Shown in pieces: positions 9,285 to 16,920 of a stretch of 64,000 bases of DNA. The translations under genes and the position numbers were made by a program. Each line of letters starts with the position of its first letter. The first letter of the stretch is position 1. The stretch lies in the NCBI GenBank assembly GCA_047456305.1, contig CP179888.1, forward strand, positions 509,307 through 573,306, given 5' to 3'. The notes beneath the pieces are model-generated. The model was not told where the DNA came from and did no database searches. It saw only the letters and a program-made list of their open reading frames with translations. The stretch is from Candidatus Nealsonbacteria bacterium (GTDB lineage Bacteria; Patescibacteriota; Minisyncoccia; Minisyncoccales; CAZKCU01).

Positions 9285-9485
9285 GTGAATATTCGCCAAT
9301 TTCCTAAAAAAATTTTAACATTTCTAAAAGAAGTCCGCCTAGAGATAAAAAAGGTTAATTGGCCAACAAGGCAAGAGACTTTAAGATATACTCTGATTGT
9401 TATTGGGATTTCAATAGCCGTCGCTATATTTCTGGGAGGAATAGATTTTATATTCACTACCTTACTTAACAAATTTATTCTGTAA
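9285..9485 (+). CDS. secE: Preprotein translocase subunit SecE
   Basis: 66 aa with a GTG start. KEVRLEIKKVNWPTRQETLRYTLIVIGISIAVAIFLGGID is a single C-terminal TM. Directly upstream of nusG. Confidence 0.8.
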   Translation: MNIRQFPKKILTFLKEVRLEIKKVNWPTRQETLRYTLIVIGISIAVAIFLGGIDFIFTTLLNKFIL

Positions 9486-9502
9486 AGTCGAACTTTATTC
9501 GT

Positions 9503-10048
9503 ATGCCTAAACAACGTTTACCCCAACAAAAAAATTGGTATGTTATTCATACTTATTCTGGATATGAGGACGCAGTTACCAAAAATTTAAAACAAAGAAT
9601 TGAGTCCTTAGGTATGGAAGATAAAATTTTTAATGTCCTGGTGCCAAAAGAAAAAAAGATTAAAATTAAAAATGGGAAAAGAAAAGTAGTTGAAGAAAAA
9701 ATTTACCCGGGTTATGTTTTAGTTGAGATGATTGTTACTGATGATTCTTGGTATGTGGTTAGAAATACCCCTAATGTAACCGGTTTCGTGGGGGCAGGAA
9801 CTATTCCAGTTCCAGTTTCCGAAAAAGAAATTGAGATTTTAAAAAAGAGAACGGGAGTAGAAACTCCTCAATATAAAATTGATGTTAAAATTGGGGATCC
9901 AGTAAAAATTATTGACGGACCATTTAAAGACTTTGACGGGAAAGTTTCAGAAATTGATGCAGAAAGAGGGAAAGTAAAGGTTTTAGTTAATATGTTTGGC
10001 CGTGACACACCGGTGGAATTAGATTCATTACAAATTAAGAAAATGTAA
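9503..10048 (+). CDS. nusG: Transcription antitermination factor NusG
   Basis: 181 aa. WYVIHTYSGYE NGN domain and a KOW motif (GDPVKIIDGPFKDFDGKV). Confidence 0.95.
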   Translation: MPKQRLPQQKNWYVIHTYSGYEDAVTKNLKQRIESLGMEDKIFNVLVPKEKKIKIKNGKRKVVEEKIYPGYVLVEMIVTDDSWYVVRNTPNVTGFVGAGTIPVPVSEKEIEILKKRTGVETPQYKIDVKIGDPVKIIDGPFKDFDGKVSEIDAERGKVKVLVNMFGRDTPVELDSLQIKKM

Positions 10049-10051
10049 AAT

Positions 10052-10477
10052 ATGTTAAAGAAAATTAAAGCAGTAATTAAGCTTCAAGCCCCGGCTGCCA
10101 AGGCAACACCAGCACCGCCAGTTGGTCCGACTTTAGCTCAGTATGGTTTAAATATCGCTGAGTTTTGTCAGAAATTTAACGAGGCAACAAAAAACCAAGA
10201 AGGTTTTACTATTCCGGTAGAAATTACAGTTTATGAAGACCGGACTTATGATTTTAAATTAAAATCTCCACCAGCTTGTGAACTTTTAAAAAGAGCTGCC
10301 GGAATCGAGAAGGGCTCTGGCGAACCTAATAAAACAAAAGTCGGAAAAATTACCAGAGAGCAATTGAGAAAAGTAGCTTTGCAAAAAATGGCCGATTTAA
10401 ATACTGATGATATTGAAAAGGCAATAAAGATAATCGAAGCGACTGCCAAAAATATGGGAATTGAAATCAGCGAATAA
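10052..10477 (+). CDS. rplK: Ribosomal protein uL11
   Basis: 141 aa. [34 protein letters not shown] is the canonical L11 N-terminus. Confidence 0.95.
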   Translation: MLKKIKAVIKLQAPAAKATPAPPVGPTLAQYGLNIAEFCQKFNEATKNQEGFTIPVEITVYEDRTYDFKLKSPPACELLKRAAGIEKGSGEPNKTKVGKITREQLRKVALQKMADLNTDDIEKAIKIIEATAKNMGIEISE

Positions 10478-10552
10478 CGAATTTATCACGAATATATAAA
10501 TAAAATACTATAATTAGTAATTCGTAAATTCGCAACAGATTCGCAATTCGTT
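10471..10552. repeat. Cluster of ACGAAT / ATTCG(T/C) words forming an extended inverted repeat
   Basis: cgaataacgaatttatcacgaat ... taattcgtaaattcgcaacagattcgcaattcgt. Overlaps the rplK stop. Confidence 0.7.
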
Positions 10553-10561
10553 GATGGTAAT

Positions 10562-11140
10562 ATGATATTATCTGATAGAGAAATTAAAAAATATTTAAAA
10601 ACAGGTCAGATTAAAATAACTCCCAAACCAAATTTAAAAGAGCAATTAGGCCCTTGTTCCTTAGATTTGCGGTTAGGAAATGTTTTTAAAATTTTTAAAC
10701 GCACTAAATTTCCCTACATTGATCTTAAACAAGAATTACCAATTGATGAAATAATGGAAGAAATTAAAATTAAAAAGCCTGATTTCTTGATTATGCAGCC
10801 AGGAGACTTTATTCTGGCTGTAACTGAAGAAGAAATTATATTACCTTCGGATTTGATGGCTCGACTTGATGGCAGATCTTCTTTAGGAAGACTTGGAATA
10901 GTTGTTCATTCAACTGCTGCCAGATTTGATCCGGGTTGGAGAGGGCGAGCAGTAATGGAACTCGGTAATTTAGGGGCCCTTCCAGTAGCTATCTATCCCG
11001 GGATGAGGGTTTGTGCTCTAACTTTCGAAACTCTCTCTAGTCCTTCCGAAGTTCCATATTTAAAACAGAAAGACCATAAATACGCAAAACAAAAATTTCC
11101 CTCAGCTAGTAAAATAAACCAGGAACCTAAATTAAAATAA
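10562..11140 (+). CDS. dcd: dCTP deaminase
   Basis: 192 aa. SLDLRLG, GRSSLGRLGI and DPGWRGRAVMELGN (catalytic Glu context). Confidence 0.9.
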   Translation: MILSDREIKKYLKTGQIKITPKPNLKEQLGPCSLDLRLGNVFKIFKRTKFPYIDLKQELPIDEIMEEIKIKKPDFLIMQPGDFILAVTEEEIILPSDLMARLDGRSSLGRLGIVVHSTAARFDPGWRGRAVMELGNLGALPVAIYPGMRVCALTFETLSSPSEVPYLKQKDHKYAKQKFPSASKINQEPKLK

Positions 11141-12780
11141 TGCCACTTTTAACTTCTAACTTAAAAGTAAAATTTTTAGGAATTATTCCTATCTTGAAAA
11201 ACCAGATAGGAGTTTTAAATCCTCAACAAATTGTGGCCCTCTCCAGCCTGACAACGTTTAAAGGAAGCTCAATTAAAAAACTTTTAAAAGGAATTAAGAA
11301 AAAAGGTCAAAATTTAGATGAGAGAGTGAAATTAATTTTACAAAAATCTTCTTTAAGGGGGCATGCTTCCTTATCTACTACTCCTAGTCTTTGTTTAACA
11401 TTTGAAGGGAGTAAATTCTTAGATTCAGCTTTAACCGGGATTGTTTTTTCTTCATCTTTAATGGCTTCTGGCCGTCGGACTGACACTGCCATTAAAGATA
11501 TTGTTTATCCAGATGAAATCTTTATCAATAAAAAAGCAAGGGAGATTTACAATAAAGTTTCAGAAAAAATTATTGAAACGTTTAATTATTTTAGATCTCA
11601 GGGGGTTAGTAAAGACGAAGCGAGTAAAATTTTACAATATGGAATTTACGGCACAGGTCTTATTCAACTGCCGGTAGAATCAATTATTGCTATAAAAAAA
11701 GAATATGAAGTCGAAAAAGATTGGATGCCGACAGAAATTGGAATACTTTTAAGAAAAATAGAGAAAGAGACAAAGAAATTAGGGATTGACAGGCTTTATG
11801 CTACCCGCCAGGTTGCTCCGAGAAATGCATATCCTTATCCTAATATTTTTAAAAATCCGAAAAAATCAAACATTGTTCGTGAAATAAGAAAAAAACAAAG
11901 ATTATTTAAAGGAATAAAATTAATCTCAATGGATACTTTAATTAGGCCAGCTTTGAAGAAAAAACTCGCCGAGTTAGAAAAAAAGAGCCGAAAAACATTT
12001 AGTTCTTTAAAACAAATTAAAAAAAATTGGATGGAACTTCTTGATTTGCGTCAGGAAATTCTTAGAGACTACAATTTAGCTTTAAGATTTAAAGTATTGT
12101 CTTCTATACCTTGGCGAGTCTGGGGAGAAAAAAAACGGCATAGAACTGTACCTCAGACTATAGAGTCAATATATTATTGCATTGAAAGAGCAATAAAGAA
12201 ATTTAACAAATTAACCGCTACGCAGAAATTGCGTAACAATTTTAAAAAGCAAATTGAGAAAACAAAAATTAATAAAAAATTAGTAAAAGAAATAGAAGAA
12301 GTTTTTTCCATTCCTCCCTCAATCAAAAAAAATCCTGAATTTTTGTCAGAATATCTTTTAACTGCCTTAAAATCTTTTGAAGGTTATCAAAATTTACTTA
12401 AATTAAAAATTAAACCCAGAGAAGCTATTTTTTTAATTCCTCGGGCAGTAAAAATTGATATTTTGCAGGATTATGATTTCTACAACCTTTTAACCGGATA
12501 TTATCCGCTTAGATTATGCCCAACTGCTGAAGAGGAAATGAGAAGAAATACTTTAAAAGAAGTTTTGGAAATCAAAAAGACCTTAAAAGAAAAAGGATAT
12601 GGCTGGCTGAATAGATTTATTGGTCCCAAATGTCAAATTATGGGTTTTTGTCCGGAAGAAAAAAGTTGCGGTATGATTTTGAGTTCAGTTAAAAATTACA
12701 ATGAAAAATTTCACCAGGAGATGAAAGATGAGTTAAAAAAGAGATTTAAAAAAAATTTAAAAAATTTAGGTAGGCGATGA
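11140..12780 (+). CDS. ThyX-family flavin-dependent thymidylate synthase, long (about double-length) form
   Basis: 546 aa. The C-terminal half carries the ThyX RHR-x7-S motif (KRHRTVPQTIESIYY). The N-terminal half resembles a degenerate second ThyX half (LRGHASLSTTPSLCLTFEGS). The last codons and stop lie inside the repeat cluster. Confidence 0.6.
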   Translation: MPLLTSNLKVKFLGIIPILKNQIGVLNPQQIVALSSLTTFKGSSIKKLLKGIKKKGQNLDERVKLILQKSSLRGHASLSTTPSLCLTFEGSKFLDSALTGIVFSSSLMASGRRTDTAIKDIVYPDEIFINKKAREIYNKVSEKIIETFNYFRSQGVSKDEASKILQYGIYGTGLIQLPVESIIAIKKEYEVEKDWMPTEIGILLRKIEKETKKLGIDRLYATRQVAPRNAYPYPNIFKNPKKSNIVREIRKKQRLFKGIKLISMDTLIRPALKKKLAELEKKSRKTFSSLKQIKKNWMELLDLRQEILRDYNLALRFKVLSSIPWRVWGEKKRHRTVPQTIESIYYCIERAIKKFNKLTATQKLRNNFKKQIEKTKINKKLVKEIEEVFSIPPSIKKNPEFLSEYLLTALKSFEGYQNLLKLKIKPREAIFLIPRAVKIDILQDYDFYNLLTGYYPLRLCPTAEEEMRRNTLKEVLEIKKTLKEKGYGWLNRFIGPKCQIMGFCPEEKSCGMILSSVKNYNEKFHQEMKDELKKRFKKNLKNLGRR

Positions 12781-12928
12781 GAACTTCGTTCTCATCTTCA
12801 GCTACCCAAGTCGCAGCGAAGGGTGGAGAAGAGATTTATCTCTTCGACTCGCTTCCTATGGAAGCTCGGTAGTCGATGAAGCTAAAGCTTCATCTCCACG
12901 CTTCACTCGGCTTCACCTCGCTCGCGTA
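12771..12928. repeat. Tandem cluster of 3-4 GC-rich nested-hairpin mini-elements
   Basis: Hairpins gatgagaac/gttctcatc, gaagagat/atctcttc and gatgaagc/gcttcatc, with the shared words cgcagcgaagggtg, tccacgcttc, gaagctcggta and ctcgcgta. Confidence 0.85.
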
Positions 12929-12929
12929 A

Positions 12930-13469
12930 ATGATTATAGGGGTAAAAAAACTTTTAAAATTAGTTAAAGAAAAAAAACTAATAGAAAACCTTTCTGAAAG
13001 AGAGCTAATCAATCCTGAAGGAGCTGGTTTTGATTTAAGAATAGGGGAGTTATATACTTTAAAGGGAAGGGGATTTTTAGGAATTAAAGAAAGAAAAACG
13101 CCAGAAATAAAATTAGTTTCTAAATATTATAAAAAGAACGCAAAAAAAGTAATTCTTCAACCCAAAACCTATTACTTAATGAAAACTATCGAAAAATTAA
13201 ATATGCCGAATAATCTTTTAGCTCTTTTTACTCCTCGTTCCACCTTTTATCGTTCAGGGGTTTATATTTTTGGTGGTCAAACTGCCCCCGGCTACAAGGG
13301 TGAATTAACCACTGGGATTTACAATTTTAGAAATGAAAAATTTGAATTAGAAATGGGTTCCAGAGTTTTACACCTGATGTTTTTTGAAGTCAAAGGAAAA
13401 TCAAATTTATACCGTGGACAATGGCAAGGCGGTAGAATTACCACCAAGAAAAAAGAAAAGCAAATTTAA
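12930..13469 (+). CDS. dCTP deaminase/dUTPase-superfamily protein (dUTPase-like second paralog)
   Basis: 179 aa. GAGFDLRIGELY, TPRSTFYRSGV and APGYKGELTTGIYN. Lacks the Glu at the dcd catalytic position, so a dUTP-hydrolysing role is inferred. Confidence 0.65.
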   Translation: MIIGVKKLLKLVKEKKLIENLSERELINPEGAGFDLRIGELYTLKGRGFLGIKERKTPEIKLVSKYYKKNAKKVILQPKTYYLMKTIEKLNMPNNLLALFTPRSTFYRSGVYIFGGQTAPGYKGELTTGIYNFRNEKFELEMGSRVLHLMFFEVKGKSNLYRGQWQGGRITTKKKEKQI

Positions 13470-13470
13470 A

Positions 13471-14094
13471 ATGCTTCAAAATCCCTATTCTGGAAAACTT
13501 ATTGTGATTGAAGGAATTGACGGTGCGGGGTCTGAAACCCAAAGTACCTTATTATTTAACTTTTTTAAAAAAGAAAAAATTTCGGTTGAAAGATTAACCT
13601 ACCCCGATTATGAAGAACCGATAGGAATATTAATTCATCAGTATCTCCATAAACAATATGAGTTTTCGGTCGATGTTCAGTTTCTCCTTTATTTTACTGA
13701 TTTTATTAAAGACAGAGAGAGAATAAATAGATGGCTTAATGAGGGTAAAATTGTGATTTGTGATAGATATCTTAGCTCAACCCTTGCCTATCAGGGTCTG
13801 CGAGGTTTTCCAATTAAAAAATCATTAGAATTAGCTCGAAAATTTAAACTTCCAAAGCCTGACTTGATAATTTATTTAAAGGTTTCACCAGAAGTCTCAA
13901 TGAGCAGAAAATATAAAGAAAAGAAAAATCTTGATAGAAACGAAGCAGATAAAAAATTTTTGCAAAAAGTCGGGGACTCTTATAAAAAATTAATTAAAGG
14001 CAGGATTTTCTCAAAGTGGGTAGTAATTAATGGAGAAAGGCCAATTCCGATAGTTTTTAAAGAAATTAAAAAAATCTATGAAAAACATTGCTAA
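13471..14094 (+). CDS. tmk: Thymidylate kinase
   Basis: Start chosen at the internal ATG at 13471, just after the upstream stop. P-loop IVIEGIDGAGSETQ and the DRY(L) motif. Confidence 0.9.
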   Translation: MLQNPYSGKLIVIEGIDGAGSETQSTLLFNFFKKEKISVERLTYPDYEEPIGILIHQYLHKQYEFSVDVQFLLYFTDFIKDRERINRWLNEGKIVICDRYLSSTLAYQGLRGFPIKKSLELARKFKLPKPDLIIYLKVSPEVSMSRKYKEKKNLDRNEADKKFLQKVGDSYKKLIKGRIFSKWVVINGERPIPIVFKEIKKIYEKHC

Positions 14095-14734
14095 ATTTAT
14101 TGACCACACTAACATAAGACCAGAAGCTAAAGTCAAAGACATCAAAAAGACTTGCCAGGAAGCTAAAAAATATGGTTTTCGGGGTGTCTGTATTAATCCA
14201 GAATGGGTAAAATTAGTCAAAAATGAATTAAGAGAAACTGATGTTAAAGTAGTTTGCCTGGTTGACCCTCCAATTGGTCAAAGCCAACACTCAAAAAGAA
14301 TAAAAGTGTGTAAAATCGCAAAAAAAGATGGGGCAGATGAATTAGATGTGGTAATTTCAATTCCCGATGTTAAGCAAGAAAGGTGGGGGGAAATTTTAAA
14401 AGATTTAAAAGAAATTTCTAAGATTTTGCCAACAAAAGTTATTATTGGTTCTGGTTATTTAACTGATGAAGAAATTATTAAAGTTTCCCAAATTGTTAAA
14501 AAAGCCGGCGCCATTTGCGTTAAAACCGCCACTGAAAAAGATCCCTTAGAACACCGGGAATTAAAGGAAAAATTCTATCATTTAAAATTGATGAAAAAAG
14601 GAGCTCCAGGACTTTTAATTAAAGTTGCTGGGAAAATTAGAAATTTATCAGATATCAAAGAAGCTATCAAAGCTGGCGCAGATATTATTGGTACTAGCTC
14701 AGGAGTTAAAATTATTAAGGAATTTAAAAAATAA
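14078..14734 (+). CDS. deoC: Deoxyribose-phosphate aldolase
   Basis: 218 aa. IDHTNIRPEA, GVCINPEWV, ELDVVIS, KVIIGSGYLTDEE and the Schiff-base context ICVKTATE. Confidence 0.8.
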   Translation: MKNIAKFIDHTNIRPEAKVKDIKKTCQEAKKYGFRGVCINPEWVKLVKNELRETDVKVVCLVDPPIGQSQHSKRIKVCKIAKKDGADELDVVISIPDVKQERWGEILKDLKEISKILPTKVIIGSGYLTDEEIIKVSQIVKKAGAICVKTATEKDPLEHRELKEKFYHLKLMKKGAPGLLIKVAGKIRNLSDIKEAIKAGADIIGTSSGVKIIKEFKK

Positions 14735-14735
14735 T

Positions 14736-16265
14736 ATGTATCAACCCGTCATCGGCCTGGAAATCCATGTTGAATTAAATACTAAGAGTAAGATGTTTTG
14801 TGGTTGCGCTAATGATTCCGATGAGCATCATCCTAACATTCTAATATGTCCAACATGTCTTGGACACCCGGGAAGTCTTCCAGTGATTAATAAAGAAGCT
14901 GTAAGAAAAACAATAAAAACAGGTCTATCTTTAAATTGCCAAATTCCTGAATATTCTAAGTTTGACCGGAGACTTTATTTCTATCCCGATTTACCAAAAG
15001 GATACCAAATTTCTCAATGGAAGGAGCCTCTTTGTAAGGGAGGATTTTTAGAAATTGAGGGCAAAAAAATAAGGATTAAAGAAATTCATTTAGAGGAAGA
15101 CGTTGGAAGATTAGTTCATGAAAGAGACTACAACCCACCCACCGCATCCTCCCGCGCCAAGGGCGCGGGCCCCTACTCTTTGGTAGATTTTAATCGAGCC
15201 GGCGTACCTTTAATGGAATTGGATACTGAGCCGGACATGAGGTCGGCAAAAGAGGCCAGGAAATTTGCTGAAGAATTACAATTGATTGTAAGGTATCTGG
15301 GGGTTTCTTCAGCTTTTATGGAAAAGGGAGAAATGAGATGCGATGCAAATATATCATTAACAAAAACAAAAAAGCTTGGGACAAAGGTAGAAATTAAAAA
15401 TTTGAACTCATTTAAAGCAATAGAACAAGGACTGGAGTATGAAATAAAGAGACAAACAGAAATTTTAAACTCTGGTGAAAAGATAACTCAAGAAACTCGA
15501 GGTTGGGATGATGATAGGGGAGTAACGGTTCCTCAAAGAGAAAAAGGAGAAGCGATATTTTCTCCTGAGCCAAATTTACCAATTCTTCATTTGGGAGTGG
15601 CAGATTATATTAATGAAATTAGAGCAGAAATTCCTGAATTACCTCGGCAAAGAAGAGAAAGATTTAAGAAAGAATATCACTTAGATGAAAAGAGTATTGA
15701 AATTTTTGTTCAAAATAAAGATTTTGGCGAGTATTTCGAGAAGGTAGTTTCGGAGTTCGGTCCAAGACTTTCCCAGGAAAAACTTTCAGGATTAATAAAA
15801 TTGGCCACAAATTATTTGATTACTGATTTACAGGGTTTATTAAAAGGAGCTTCAGTTACCCGAGTGAAGCGAAGGGTGAAGATGAACGAACGTTCATCGA
15901 CTGTTGGCGAGGATTTTCTGATTACTCCTGAAAATTTTGCAGAATTTATTACCTTAATTTATACAGGTGCAATTTCAAGTAAAATTGCCAAACAGGTTCT
16001 TGCTGAAATGTTTTCTACCGGCGCTGATCCTTCTCATATTATTGAAGAAAAAGGATTATCGCAGATAACTGATGAAGCTGAGATTGGAAAAATTATAAAA
16101 GAAGTTATTTCTAAAAATCCAAAAGCAGTTCAAGATTTTAAAAAAGGAAAAGAAACAGCTATCCAATTTTTAATCGGTCAAATAATGGCTCAGACAAAAG
16201 GAAAAGCCAATCCCAAAATAGTTAAAGATATTTTGAATAAACAGTTGACCCCCACACCTAATTAG
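14736..16265 (+). CDS. gatB: Asp/Glu-tRNA amidotransferase subunit B
   Basis: Start at ATG 14736 (MYQPVIGLEIHVELNTKSKMFCGC). IHLEEDVGR and a C-terminal YqeY-like domain. Carries two GC-rich in-frame inserts. Confidence 0.95.
   Translation: MYQPVIGLEIHVELNTKSKMFCGCANDSDEHHPNILICPTCLGHPGSLPVINKEAVRKTIKTGLSLNCQIPEYSKFDRRLYFYPDLPKGYQISQWKEPLCKGGFLEIEGKKIRIKEIHLEEDVGRLVHERDYNPPTASSRAKGAGPYSLVDFNRAGVPLMELDTEPDMRSAKEARKFAEELQLIVRYLGVSSAFMEKGEMRCDANISLTKTKKLGTKVEIKNLNSFKAIEQGLEYEIKRQTEILNSGEKITQETRGWDDDRGVTVPQREKGEAIFSPEPNLPILHLGVADYINEIRAEIPELPRQRRERFKKEYHLDEKSIEIFVQNKDFGEYFEKVVSEFGPRLSQEKLSGLIKLATNYLITDLQGLLKGASVTRVKRRVKMNERSSTVGEDFLITPENFAEFITLIYTGAISSKIAKQVLAEMFSTGADPSHIIEEKGLSQITDEAEIGKIIKEVISKNPKAVQDFKKGKETAIQFLIGQIMAQTKGKANPKIVKDILNKQLTPTPN
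15131..15176. repeat. GC-rich hairpin insert inside gatB (insert 1)
   Basis: caacccacccaccgcatcct-cccgcgcc-aag-ggcgcggg-cccc encodes NPPTASSRAKGAGP, lying between the conserved HLEED..H and SLVDFNRAG blocks. Confidence 0.7.
15858..15911 (-). repeat. Nested-hairpin mini-element inside gatB (insert 2, reverse orientation)
   Basis: acccgag-tgaagcgaagggtgaa-gatgaacg-aa-cgttcatc-gac, encoding TRVKRRVKMNERSST. Confidence 0.8.
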
Positions 16266-16274
16266 GTGTAGGGG
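16249..16274 (+). terminator. Hairpin cccccacacc/ggtgtagggg at the gatB stop
   Basis: Stem-loop spans the last gatB codons and the TAG stop. A related hairpin lies at 59565-59593. Confidence 0.4.
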
Positions 16275-16303
16275 TTGACAAAATTAAAATAAAAAAGTAT
16301 AAT
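16275..16303 (+). promoter_or_regulatory. Sigma70-like promoter
   Basis: TTGACA (16275-16280), 17-nt spacer, TATAAT (16298-16303). Confidence 0.5.
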
Positions 16304-16370
16304 TTAATTATCGTACATTAACATAGTAGTCTAAATATTGCAATCAACATAGAAAGGAAGGTAATAACAA

Positions 16371-16655
16371 ATGTTTTACTTTTATGGCAAGTGGAAATGT
16401 AGCATTGATGATAGAGGGCGACTTTTTATTCCTTCTGTTTTTAAAGAAGGATTGAAAGAGTGTATTATTACCCTTAATAATGGCAAGATCCGAATTTACC
16501 GCGAGAAAGGAAAATTGCCATTTTCTGAGATTTATCCAAAAAGGCCAGATACACAAGGAAGAATCTTAATTCCTCGCCAATTAAGAAAAGGATGGCCTGG
16601 AAAGGTTATTGAATTGATTGGAAAAGGGCAATACCTTGAACTTAGAAGAATATGA
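16371..16655 (+). CDS. MraZ/AbrB-like (SpoVT-AbrB fold) DNA-binding protein, short form
   Basis: 94 aa with two DxxGR(I/L)xIP motifs (DDRGRLFIPSVFK and DTQGRILIPRQLRK). No rsmH/ftsL follows. Confidence 0.5.
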   Translation: MFYFYGKWKCSIDDRGRLFIPSVFKEGLKECIITLNNGKIRIYREKGKLPFSEIYPKRPDTQGRILIPRQLRKGWPGKVIELIGKGQYLELRRI

Positions 16656-16820
16656 GAGAATAAAAGAAAAAGAGAAGAAAGTTGCTGCTATTACTTAGTA
16701 TAATTATAGAAGTTTGATGACCCCCTCAATTTTACTTCTATGAAATAAGATTGAGGGGAAAAGGGTGGGGAAGGATTATCAATTAATAATTTCTTCTGAT
16801 GATTCTTCCCAACCAAATTA

Positions 16821-16854
16821 AGGAGAAGATTTTTATCTTCTCCCCTTATTTTTT
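16821..16854 (+). terminator. Intrinsic terminator
   Basis: aggagaagat-tttt-atcttctcc followed by a T-run. Confidence 0.5.
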
Positions 16855-16920
16855 AATTCAAGAATATATATTTCTTCCTTAGCGAATCAAGGTTCTGAGG
16901 AGCGAAGCGACGAGAGATTC

